Source: Takakia lepidozioides
Lineage: Eukaryota; Plantae; Bryophyta
NCBI GenBank assembly: GCA_030704615.1
Contig: CM060734.1
Location: 6,262,001 to 6,326,000 of the forward strand
Direction: 5' to 3'
DNA: 64,000 nucleotides
Position 1 is the first letter of the stretch; every line of letters starts with the position of its first letter. Made by a program: the position numbers and the translations under genes. Positions 13,951 through 25,967 of this stretch are shown here, one piece after another. Below the pieces are notes generated by a model. That model did no database searches. It was given only the letters and a program-made list of their open reading frames with translations, and was not told where the DNA came from.

Positions 13951-16900
13951 AGTCTGGCAGGGGTTTACCACCTGGTATTCAGACAAAACATCTACCAACA
14001 GCATATCAGAATTGGGTATTTCTTATGGTGCCTATAAAGAGCAAAGCCATAACCAGGAGAAACGATTTGAGCCAAAGAAATGGAACTCATTCTTATCATA
14101 AGGTATCTAAATCTGACATAAGGCATCGGCTACAAGGGACCGGCAAACAAGAGTAATGTGCATTGACCGGATCACGTATAAGGTGTACACGTCTACTCCA
14201 GCAAGCTGTCTTACCAAGGCCTAGCTCAAAATTTCAGCATTCAGAAGCCCTATAGATGTTCTGTGCTTATCTCAGGTACCTTCAAGGATGCCTTGCTCTC
14301 CATGCCCAATTAGCCAACATATTTTTGCTGGAGAAGATCTTACCTTATGAACGACTTGCTTGCTCCACACCATGGTCATGGCGGGAGAGGAGGCTGATAT
14401 CTCATGGCTTTGGCCTTCCCATTGCCTTGGGTCCATCACTTCAATCAGGAACATATTTGATAACCTTTTGTCATGCTCAGACCAAGGTGTTAGTAAATCA
14501 AACATAAAACTGAAAACAGAAGGGAGATTGGTTGATAATGTGTACAAGAACCACCAAGTACACTGGTCTAAATCAGAGAGGGAAGATACTTATGTCTTGT
14601 CGAGACATGGACAAAGACCTGACAAGGTCACTGTAAAATTAACGACAAATCAGCCTCACAACAAGGCATTGTCAACCATTCTTCATTCACAAGTCAGCTT
14701 TATGACAAATCCCAGACTTCAAAGTCAATGAAGTCTCTGGGTGGGGGGGGTGGGAAAAATTAGAGACTCAATTACCACTGTTCATAGCAGGAAACCATCG
14801 TTCAACATGCTAAAAAGTGCCATTCATGACATGCCATGTCATTCAGTCTCTATTTTTTGGTCAGCTTACATACCAAGGCATAACCACATCCACATCAGTT
14901 TGGCATGGTATCGAGTGTCCTAAAGTAACCAGCTTCTAAAAGAGGCTAAGTTTCCAATGCTTGTACATTCAAGAACACTGTCTGGTCATGAAAACAGGTA
15001 TGCCCTACATTGTAGCATGTTACCAGATCTCTTTAATATCATTGCTCCATTGCCATAGGGAACAAGAGATAGTCGCCCTAATGATTGATTGTCCACCATA
15101 CTAGGTTAAACATAGGAGCCATCAAGATCAAAGGAAAGAGGAAGAAAGGATTGTTCTCCCCCAAAGATACAGATGGCGTCGCTTCTTCAACTCGATTCCA
15201 ATCAACTTCAAGCTTTAAAATCCATGTTAAGTGAGGACCCTCACCTGGTCCCATCACATGCAATCAGAAACAGTTAAGTTAGAGACGATGTGGAACCCCG
15301 GGTGAATCGCAGGTCTCACGCTTGTTATCGTTGTACAACATGCAATACAAAGCAGGGGCAGAAAGGAAACAGAGCATATGCAAGCCAATACCTCGATGGC
15401 TTGTGGAAGAGAGGCCTGCGCCATAGCTCTCAAGACCAGCAAACAAGAATGCACAACAAAATGTACAAAGCATGCACAAAGAAAGTGAATCGCCCAAACT
15501 TAAAGAGTTGAGACACTTCCCTGAGGCCTTAAGATCGCCGCTTGTATCTTAATGATCAATGAAGGTCGCAGCAAGCAACCACAACGCAGGTAGATCGCCC
15601 GCCAAGCATTAGAGACAACCGCCACAGGGAAATTGCAGGTACTGCCGCCATTGCGCAGCCCAAGAGGGGAAGAAGGTACTGAATCTTGCCAGAACACCTA
15701 AATGCCTTAATGGCGCAGCTCCATGGCATTCAAGGGCGCCTGAATCGAGCTCCATGCGCCCCCCGCCGCCATCTCTCAGCTCCAGCCATCCCTTAAGCAC
15801 GATCGTCGTGGAGAGGGTTAGGGCAGGGAAGAGATGAAGCGCGATTTCCCGCGATTTCATCCATTCGGGATGAAATCCATCACACGGGATGAACTCTACC
15901 GCGCAGGATGAAATCTATCGTGATTTCATCCGCGTTGGATGAAATTGTCTCTCGATTTTTCATCTGTGTCATCCTCTGAGGATGACATCCATTTATGGAT
16001 GAAAAAAATTAAAGAATAGGATGGCTCCATTACGATCCCGACCTTATACCAAAAATCCGGGTAATATAAATAACCGAAATTAACCAAATTCCAAGAAGGT
16101 TAATTAGGGGTTAGGTAACGTACCACTGGTCTTAAACTATCAAGTTTTAAAAGAACCAGCCAGATCCATGGAGGGAGGGAGAGAGAGGGAGAGAGAGGGA
16201 ACCCACCAACCTGCCCCTGGTATGGCAGCTCCTTATGGAGTGAGTGTGGTATGCACTCACCCCGTAAGGGAGTGCATACCAGACCCCATCACATAAATGA
16301 CCTCCCTCTTCTTTGTAGCTTTTACTTCTGGTTACAAAGGAACCATAGAAATAAACATGCCTACAATCTCAACTCTCCAAGGTCAAAAAACAAAACAAGC
16401 CGTGACAAGCAAAGGTACATCAACACTTACATCATAATGTAGAGTTTTACCTTTTAGCTACACATAAGCTCTGGTAATGGAAAGACGAGGCCAATGAAGG
16501 GACCTTAAACTCCGAAATTCATGAAGCAACAAACAGGAAAGAAACTCTTATCAACCCTTTAGTGTCTACCTAGCCCATGTTTTTGGGTACCACATGTGTA
16601 CAAAACCAATGGGGGCAGGTTTAGGTAATGAATTTTCTGCCATTGGCATGTCCCACGTTGGCAAGTTGTGACAAACGAAGGTACATCAACACATGTACAT
16701 CAAAATGTAGAGTTTTACCTTTTAGTTTGTATATAAGCTCTGGTGACCGGAAGAAGAGGCCAGTGAAAGAACCCTCAATTCCCAAGGTCATAAAGTAACA
16801 ATCGGGAAAGAATCTTATATCAAACTTTTAGTGTTTACCCACCCCTTGTTTTGGGTAAAACATGTGTACAAAACCAAAGGGGGGCAGGTATTGGGACTTA

Positions 16901-19087
16901 GGTAATGAAGTCTGGCAGGGGTTTACCACCTGGTATTCAGACAAAACATCTACCAACAGCATATCAGAATTGGGTATTTCTTATGGTGCCTATAAAGAGC
17001 AAAGCCATAACCAGGAGAAACGATTTGAGCCAAAGAAATGGAACTCATTCTTATCATAAGGTATCTAAATCTGACATAAGGCATCGGCTACAAGGGACCG
17101 GCAAACAAGAGTAATGTGCATTGACCGGATCACGTATAAGGTGTACACGTCTACTCCAGCAAGCTGTCTTACCAAGGCCTAGCTCAAAATTTCAGCATTC
17201 AGAAGCCCTATAGATGTTCTGTGCTTATCTCAGGTACCTTCAAGGATGCCTTGCTCTCCATGCCCAATTAGCCAACATATTTTTGCTGGAGAAGATCTTA
17301 CCTTATGAACGACTTGCTTGCTCCACACCATGGTCATGGCGGGAGAGGAGGCTGATATCTCATGGCTTTGGCCTTCCCATTGCCTTGGGTCCATCACTTC
17401 AATCAAGAACATATTTGATAACCTTTTGTCATGCTCAGACCAAGGTGTTAGTAAATCAAACATAAAACTGAAAACAGAAGGGAGATTGGTTGATAATGTG
17501 TACAAGAACCACCAAGTACACTGGTCTAAATCAGAGAGGGAAGATACTTATGTCTTGTCGAGACATGGACAAAGACCTGACAAGGTCACTGTAAAATTAA
17601 CGACAAATCAGCCTCACAACAAGGCATTGTCAACCATTCTTCATTCACAAGTCAGCTTTATGACAAATCCCAGACTTCAAAGTCAATGAAGTCTCTGGGT
17701 GGGGGGGGTGGGAAAAATTAGAGACTCAATTACCACTGTTCATAGCAGGAAACCATCGTTCAACATGCTAAAAAGTGCCATTCATGACATGCCATGTCAT
17801 TCAGTCTCTATTTTTTGGTCAGCTTACATACCAAGGCATAACCACATCCACATCAGTTTGGCATGGTATCGAGTGTCCTAAAGTAACCAGCTTCTAAAAG
17901 AGGCTAAGTTTCCAATGCTTGTACATTCAAGAACACTGTCTGGTCATGAAAACAGGTATGCCCTACATTGTAGCATGTTACCAGATCTCTTTAATATCAT
18001 TGCTCCATTGCCATAGGGAACAAGAGATAGTCGCCCTAATGATTGATTGTCCACCATACTAGGTTAAACATAGGAGCCATCAAGATCAAAGGAAAGAGGA
18101 AGAAAGGATTGTTCTCCCCCAAAGATACAGATGGCGTCGCTTCTTCAACTCGATTCCAATCAACTTCAAGCTTTAAAATCCATGTTAAGTGAGGACCCTC
18201 ACCTGGTCCCATCACATGCAATCAGAAACAGTTAAGTTAGAGACGATGTGGAACCCCGGGTGAATCGCAGGTCTCACGCTTGTTATCGTTGTACAACATG
18301 CAATACAAAGCAGGGGCAGAAAGGAAACAGAGCATATGCAAGCCAATACCTCGATGGCTTGTGGAAGAGAGGCCTGCGCCATAGCTCTCAAGACCAGCAA
18401 ACAAGAATGCACAACAAAATGTACAAAGCATGCACAAAGAAAGTGAATCGCCCAAACTTAAAGAGTTGAGACACTTCCCTGAGGCCTTAAGATCGCCGCT
18501 TGTATCTTAATGATCAATGAAGGTCGCACCAAGCAACCACAACGCAGGTAGATCGCCCGCCAAGCATTAGAGACAACCGCCACAGGGAAATTGCAGGTAC
18601 TGCCGCCATTGCGCAGCCCAAGAGGGGAAGAAGGTACTGAATCTTGCCAGAACACCTAAATGCCTTAATGGCGCAGCTCCATGGCATTCAAGGGCGCCTG
18701 AATCGAGCTCCATGCGCCCCCCGCCGCCATCTCTCAGCTCCAGCCATCCCTTAAGCACGATCGTCGTGGAGAGGGTTAGGGAAGGGAAGAGATGAAGCGC
18801 GATTTCCCGCGATTTCATCCATTCGGGATGAAATCCATCACACGGGATGAACTCTACCGCGCAGGATGAAATCTATCGTGATTTCATCCGCGTTGGATGA
18901 AATTGTCTCTCGATTTTTCATCTGTGTCATCCTCTGAGGATGACATCCATTTATGGATGAAAAAAAATTAAAGAATAGGATGGCTCCATTAGGATCCCGA
19001 CCTTATACCAAAAATCCGGGTAATATAAATAACCGAAATTAACCAAATTCCAAGAAGGTTAATTAGGGGTTAGGTAACGTACCACTG

Positions 19088-19096
19088 GTCTTAAAC
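19088..19096 (+). repeat. Left 9-bp target-site duplication GTCTTAAAC of MULE copy 2
   Basis: Identical 9-mer at 33549-33557; uninterrupted units carry one copy. A 9-bp TSD is typical of Mutator. Confidence 0.95.
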
Positions 19097-19947
19097 GAGG
19101 TTTACTATTTCATGAGCAGAAACCATGAGCCATGAGCCATGAGCCGCATGAGCCGCATGAGCGGTGAGCCGAAGTCTAAGATACGCGGATTTCATGAGCG
19201 GACTCCTCCAAATTTGGAAATGCGGCAGATTAAACAAGTATTAAAATAATAGTTTTTTATTTGACCTTGCCGTTTTTGGACGTTCCAGATCATGTAATGC
19301 GGCGAAGATATGTCGTCAGTAACAAGTCCGCTCATGGTTTTATAGATCCGCTCATGGAAATAAGTGACCGTGCAACGGGAAATCCAGTATACCACTGCAA
19401 AAGGACGTCGCATACTGGCCTGTATAGAGTATTCCGCGGTTTTACATGCCTTAACATTGGAATGAAGCTGACCCTTTTGCCGCGATTGAACCAATGGAGT
19501 CTGCACCAATACAGTCTGCAGTACTTCACAATTCTGTCTTCTTCGGGTATTCGGCGGGAAAGGTTTGCAACTGAACTGGGAAATAGGGTGCCGCATTAGG
19601 GTTCGCACGTGCGAAATTTCGGAGCGGTTTGGTGTTGGCGAAGGCCGCCTCTGGGGGTACCTACGACGATACTTGGAAATTCGGCGCCGCATTTCCTTGT
19701 CGGAGGTCGAATGAGGAGAACAAGTTTTCGGAAAGCAGAAAAACATGAACCCTCCAACATACAAAAATACATGCACGTGGAAACAAGTGAACGATATAGT
19801 AATATCTTAGTTCGATCAAAACAGGTTACTGGTAGGCAAGACATATGTCGGACCTTTGTGTGGCCAGAGTCTGAGGTACTGGCAGCAGTACAGTTCTACT
19901 ATCCGAAAAGGATGGGCGTACCATTGTATGTGGACCGCAAGCCAAGC

Positions 19948-22900
19948 TCACTGGTCCCCTGGATCCATATTCAGAAGAGTGTGAACCTCCTGGGGGCTCA
20001 ACCCTGGTGCATGTATGAAGTGATGAGTTGTGGAATTACAACGGAGTCTCTTTAGGTACACGTAGTACAAATGCTTGCAAGGGCAGTATGATGCCCCCTT
20101 GTTCGCCATGATCTGGAAGTCGGTGCAATTGCAGGTGGGTAATTCTGAAATGGTGATGGTGTACACCTCATTGCGAACAGCTGAGCCCGCCGTGGCCATC
20201 TGATACACACGCCCGAATCCTGGTGGGGGCACTTCTGTCGAGCTCTGGATTGTACAGTTCATCCGAAGTGCATTCCCCATCCTTGTCTCGTTCACTTTTG
20301 AGGGAGGTCGCCGCCTCTTCGGTTTCCCCCAACGGTGTGTAGGATGCTTAGAGCTGTCGTGTCCCATTGTTCTTGCTCTCACAGGGGTCGGTGGTGGAGG
20401 CTGTGGAAGCGGAAATGGTTGTCTGGGCACGTCAGTGCGCTGCACCATCCGAAATCCTGCGGCGGTAAGGGCGTCGGCCTCAACCTGACTCAGATCGCTG
20501 CCTGGTTCCACCGGCCACACCGGGGGAGCCTCTGGCATTGTCTGTATGCCGTACTTGGGCTTTCCATACACGCAAGTCATAATGTCGTGCCTGCAGAACC
20601 AGAACTGGGTGGTTGTCGCCTCCGCAAACTTTGCATGGACAAATCTTCCTGTAAAAGTAGGAGCAGGGACAGCCCCATCTGGATTCCTCCTTATCATCTC
20701 TAAACAACGTTGCCGTGTATCCACACGAATTGCGGAACACCTTCCTCGAAACGACGGCTTTGTGCGAGCAATTCTCCACTGTGAGGCAGACACAGTCGTC
20801 TCCACAATGGCTTGGCCATACTGCATAACAGCGGGCGGAATCTGGGGCAAGGGAGCGGTGGGAATTTGTTGCACGAAATCCCCGGTTGAAGGCGACGGCG
20901 ATCTGGAATTTCTTGGGCTTCCACTGCTGGAAGACACATTGTGCGGCAACATGACGGGACCTCGAGGTGCTGTCCGAATGTTCCTGTCGGATCTCCAGGA
21001 ATCCTCTTCGCACCCGGGTTCCTCTTCAATCCTCCGCCTGACAGGGCGAGTCCGGACGTCCCCCTCTAGGTGTTCACCTCTGCGGTGCAGAGGCGTCCCT
21101 TTGATCTTCTCTCGCAATGCTGTCGCCCATTTCACTGGATTCTTGGACCTCGAAGCTGTTCGTACCAACAATTCCTCCCTGTCCGGCCCAAAGCCCCATT
21201 GTTTGCCGCTCAGGAACTTGTAGTACGTGGCTTGCTGCATGATTGCTCTGTCGATGTCCTCCGTTGTGGCCGTCACTACGTCCACCAGATGTGCGGCAGA
21301 AGACGCTCGCCAGGAGGAGTGGACCGATTCTGCCATATTCGTGTTCGGCATGTCCGTGTCGGAATCCAAGCACCGCTCCTAGAAGGACACAAACAACGGT
21401 GAGGGACCAATCGAAATGTCCGTAACAGAAAGACAAATGAACGAAATTGACAGCAGCCTACCTCCCGCATGTACTGTCCGAACTGTCGATACCGAAAATG
21501 CCACCACCCCAACCAGCTGTGCAATGCTCCCAGATTGGTTGTCTCCACTGCACCTGACGTGTTCCACCAAGCCTCGATGATAGCAAACTTAACCTCCGCG
21601 TCATCAAATGTGGGTGCATCCTTCCACGCCGTACAAAGGACACGGTGTTCAGCCTGGAATGAGCTAGCAACAAATTTGGTAGTGTAGTGGGATAGACTCT
21701 GCATCCAATGGAATCCACAGGATCTCTCTTTCCCCTCCATTGGAACATTGGGGTCCTCACCGTACACACGCCGCACCGCTGCCCAGTTGGCCTGAGCGTT
21801 GTCTGCCATGAATCCCCTGAAATTGGGCTCTGGCAATCCCGCCCTTGCCATCTGCTCGTTTATGCCCTCCCACAGATGCATCTCGGACTGTGTGTCCTCC
21901 CCTTTCATCTCGCAGATTGCAATCGTCATGAGCCTCTTGGAGTGATAGTCATAAACATGCGCACCCATAGTCACCCACTGATGGTTTGTAATTCGCTTGA
22001 TGTGATCAAACATCACCCAAGCATTCGACAAGTTTCCAGTTGTCATGCGAGTGACCAAGTCGACTCCACTCCCAGGCCCACACGTCGACATTTTGAAAAT
22101 GTAACAACGATCGGATTCGCTGCCTTGCCCTGGAAACCTGCTACCTTGGATGTAGTCATATCCAGTCATTCGTTTCACCTCCAGGATTGAGTACATGTCC
22201 GACCCCCTGCCGAACTCCTGCTTGCAAGATACGATGTGATTCCGCACATTCGGACTACAAACGTGCGAGACGGACTCCAAGAGGTCACGCATCTCGTCTT
22301 CGGTCAAGGGCTCTCGGTCGGAACCATCTTCAGACATGATTTTGCCAAGAGCAATCTTGTGGGCTGCCTTCAGCTGAATCTGCTTTGGTCTGGCTCCGGG
22401 GCTCAATTTCACCTCCTCTTTTATGATGTCGTGTGCTTCCTGCACAGCCTCACGCATGTTGCCTCTCGCCAAGGGGTGGCAGTGGACCCCAACGTGTATG
22501 CAAGCTCTAGTCAAGTCCGGGAGCAAATGGATTACGTAATATTGCTTGGCTCTGCACATGGACATGCACGTCGGTGGTTCTTTGCAATGTGCACACTTGA
22601 AAGAACCCGCAGGAGCTTGGCTGGAGACAATGAATGGATGATGCGTTGTGCCAGTCCAATCCGTCTCGTTTCTCCGCCCTCCTTTGGAGAGAAAGTGGAA
22701 GCAGGTGGGATTGAGGCACCTCAGCTTCCCCGCACAGAGGACATATCGTACACGAACACCATCAGCAATTTTCGTGCTACTGGTCTTCGTCACACACCAG
22801 GGGTGTCCGTCATGCTTTCGATCCATGTCTGTTAACATCCCGGAGGCTTTCTTTGACGAAGAAACAGGTGGAAACTCGAAGATGACATTGCCATCGACTT

Positions 22901-23555
22901 CGGGAGGCAGAAAAGTTACCTTTCTGACTGGGAATTTGGCATAGTCGAGAGCAGCCAGCTCGGAGCGAGAACCATCGAGGTGATGTTGTCGTAGGAGCTG
23001 CACAATGGACCGGGTTGGAGTTATGCTCGAGGGCACATGCGTAGCACCTACAGAGACGTCCATGCCGGATTTGAACGACCGTGTGGAGGACATGGGTACC
23101 TCAATGCAATCATCTTCCTCGTCGGAAATGTCGAATACGTCCACACGAGAAGCTATGGAGGGTCTTGACGGTCCAGGTCGGGAATGATTATCGTTGCATA
23201 CCTCTCTGTTGGCAGTGGCCGCCTCTCGGTTTCCGGACTCCTTTGTGGATGGTGTGGGCAGCGACTGATTCGGAAAGGGAATGGGCATTCCCACAGCTCG
23301 GTACAGGATGGTGTCTGACGGGGGAACGTGCCATTCGATTCCGCAACCTCCGTCGTTACCTAGCACGACAATGGTCTCGTCAACCTGTCCAGGAACATCC
23401 TTCCTTTCTTCTTCCAAATAAACTGTGCCCGGTTTGAGCTTGAATTTGGAACAAAGGTAAGTTTCAGTCACTCTGCAAAGTCCTCCCTCGTTTGGGATCC
23501 AGGCTCTCCCAAGTTGCGGAGGACAGCAAACTATAGCGTAGGAATTCGGAGCCAT
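19948..23555 (-). CDS. MULE-type DDE transposase with C-terminal SWIM zinc finger; join(23555..21462, 21378..19948)
   Basis: ORFs 21276-23771 and 19948-21369 join in frame through an 83-nt GT-AG intron (QYMRE|ERCLDSD). Motifs VMFD, FMADNAQA, CGFH, TNMAES, and SWIM CNCTDF-x-CKH. Start codon (MAPNSY) inferred. Confidence 0.88.
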
Positions 23556-23979
23556 CGAACACCGCACGGAGTTGGCAAGTGCGAGGTTCAGTATAGCGAC
23601 AGACCAAGGCTCACAGGCACCATCTAAGTGGATCTGCGGAGTCCATCGACGATTGGAAGTCGCACATTGAAGTGGAAAGTATTGTTTCAAGCTACATGCA
23701 TGAAGGTGGGAGGTTTGATTCCATAGCCAGTGAGTAGGACAATGATGGCCGATTCGGCGACGAAATAACATCTCCTGACAGTTTCTCCTGAGGGTGGATC
23801 CAGCAGTATTCTCGGTGCAGACAGGAACGTTCGCACTGACAAGTGCCAGGACTGCTGGTTAAAACGGTCAGACAACCAAGTTGTGCTCATCAAGACTGGC
23901 CGCAATTGTGTTGTTTCGGAACAATGCAACCCATTGAGGTTCCAGATTTCCCGTCACGAGTGATTCTGTCGATTGCTGG

Positions 23980-25580
23980 TGGACGGAAATACGGCGCCGC
24001 ATTTCCGTATTGCATCTTGGTCATGCAACAGAGCGACGGAAATGCGGCACCGAGTTTCCGTCCGGGGGAAACCTTTATACTCTCCAGAACGGAAATGCGG
24101 TAACGCATTTCCATCCAGCAAGCACGGTATGTGAAGGTGGAACGGAAATGCGGTACCGCATTTCCGTTCTGATTGAGATTTATGAACAACGGGAACAGAA
24201 ATGCGGCACCGCATTTCCGTCCGAGTCGCACTTTTCGACATTCCAGAACGGGAATGCGGCGCCGCATTTCCATTTTGTATCTGATGCATGGAGCTGAGGG
24301 ATAGAAATGCTGCAGCACATTTCCGTCATTCAACAAGCACGGTATGTGAAGGTGGAACGGAAATGCGGTACCGCATTTCCGTTCTGATTGAGAATTATGA
24401 ACAACGGGAACAGAAATGCGGCACCGCATTTCCGTCAAAGTCGCACTTTTCGACATTCCATAAAGGAAATGCGGCGCCGCATTTCCATTTTGTATCTGAT
24501 GCCTGGAGCCGAGTAAGATTCCGACAGCTTCATACAGCGCAATTCCGACCGGTTGAGACATTCACACTATCCAGAACGGAAATGCGGCACCGCATTTCCG
24601 TTCTGACTGAAAATCGTGAACTATCTGAACTGAAATGCGGCACCGTATTTCCATCCGAGTCGCACCTACCATCATTCCAGAACGGAAATGCGGCACCGCA
24701 TTTCCGTTCTGACTGAAAATCGTGAACCATCGGAACTGAAATGCGGCAGCGCATTTCCATCCGAGTCGCACCTCCCAACATTCCAGAACGGAATGTATTA
24801 GATTTAAAAGGGAAATGCGGCACCGCATTTCCGTTCTGATGAAATATCCTGAAACATCGGAATTGAAATGCGGTACCGCATTTCCGTCGGAGTCCCACCA
24901 TCCGACATTCCAAAACGGAAATGCGGCACCGCATTTCCGTTTTGTATGTGAGGCATGGAGCTGTGGAACGAAAATGCGGGAAGGCATTTCCGCCAGCGTC
25001 AGACGTTAATACTCTACAGAACGGAAATGCGGTACCGCATTTCCATTCTGACTGAAAATCGTGCGCAACGGGTACAGAAATGCGGCACCGCATTTCCGTT
25101 CGAGTCGCACCTTCCGACATTCTCGAACGGAAATGCGGCGCCGCATTTCCGTTTTGTATATTCGGCCTGGAGCTGTGCTACGGAAATGTGTTGCCGCATT
25201 TCCATCCATGTGAGACCTTCAACCTTTCCAGACCGGAAATGCGACACCGCATTTCTGTCCAGGTGAGACCTCTATACTTTCCCGAACGGAAATGTGGCAC
25301 GGCATTTCCATTCATCAACTAACGTATGTGAAGTGGGAACGGAAATGCGGCGCCGCATTTCCCTTCTGAATCTCATACATGGAGCTGTGGGACGGAAATG
25401 CGGCACCGTATTTCCGTTCAACAACTAAGGTATGTGAAGGTGGAACGGAAATGCGGTGCCGCATTTTCTTCCAACAAGTACGGATGTGTAGCTTCGTGAT
25501 GGTACTTAACGGAAATGCGGCGCCGCATTCGCATTCTCGCTCCAACTCATCAGACGCTGGGACGGAAATGCCTTGAAATG
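23980..25580. repeat. Array of ~29 palindromes (core GGAAATGCGG-NN-CCGCATTTCC), 53-bp period
   Basis: Cores start at 24091, 24144, 24197, 24250, 24303, 24359, 24412, 24465 etc. Best units are the perfect 28-bp palindrome AACGGAAATGCGGTACCGCATTTCCGTT. Confidence 0.95.
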
Positions 25581-25967
25581 TGAACACGTGGAGCAACGGA
25601 ATTGCTGCACATGTCGGCACTCTATCTGACTGAAGGGGCATGAGGCGGCGCGGCCTGACCGTTGGATAATGATGTTTGATTTTCGGACGGCGGGCGTACC
25701 CTCAACGATTCGAATTTCGTAATGACGCAAACTCCACGAGGAGACACTTTCGTCCAACCTTTCGAACCCAAGTGGTGCATCACCGCCGTTTCATCTACTT
25801 TTGTCGTGTCTCCTCAGTCACCCCTCTCGCGCCCTTTCCATCTGCACTCTTTGCCCCTTTTCCCTCTCTCTGTTCTTCTTATGCTCGAACCTGAGAGGGG
25901 GGGAGTTCGTGCACCAGACAGGAGACCTCGTCGCAAGCTCCGGAAATTATACTTCGGACGTAGGCCA

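Larger units (their letters stand above)
7404..19096. repeat. Tandem array family 1, ~2.96-kb unit, four units
   Basis: GTCTTAAAC landmark at 7404, 10218, 13171, 16129 and 19088 (spacings 2814, 2953, 2958, 2959). Near-identical ORF-track peptides repeat in each unit. Unit 1 has an internal deletion near 7695. Confidence 0.97.

Noticed and set aside
7404-19096. 5S rDNA, snRNA or tRNA gene array
   Set aside because: No recognisable 5S, U1, U2, U6 or tRNA sequence in the unit; an unknown ncRNA cannot be excluded.
23980-25580. CRISPR array (also 1025-2600)
   Set aside because: Spacers recur as a few related types, no cas genes are present, the context is eukaryotic with introns, and the motif is scattered through the transposon.
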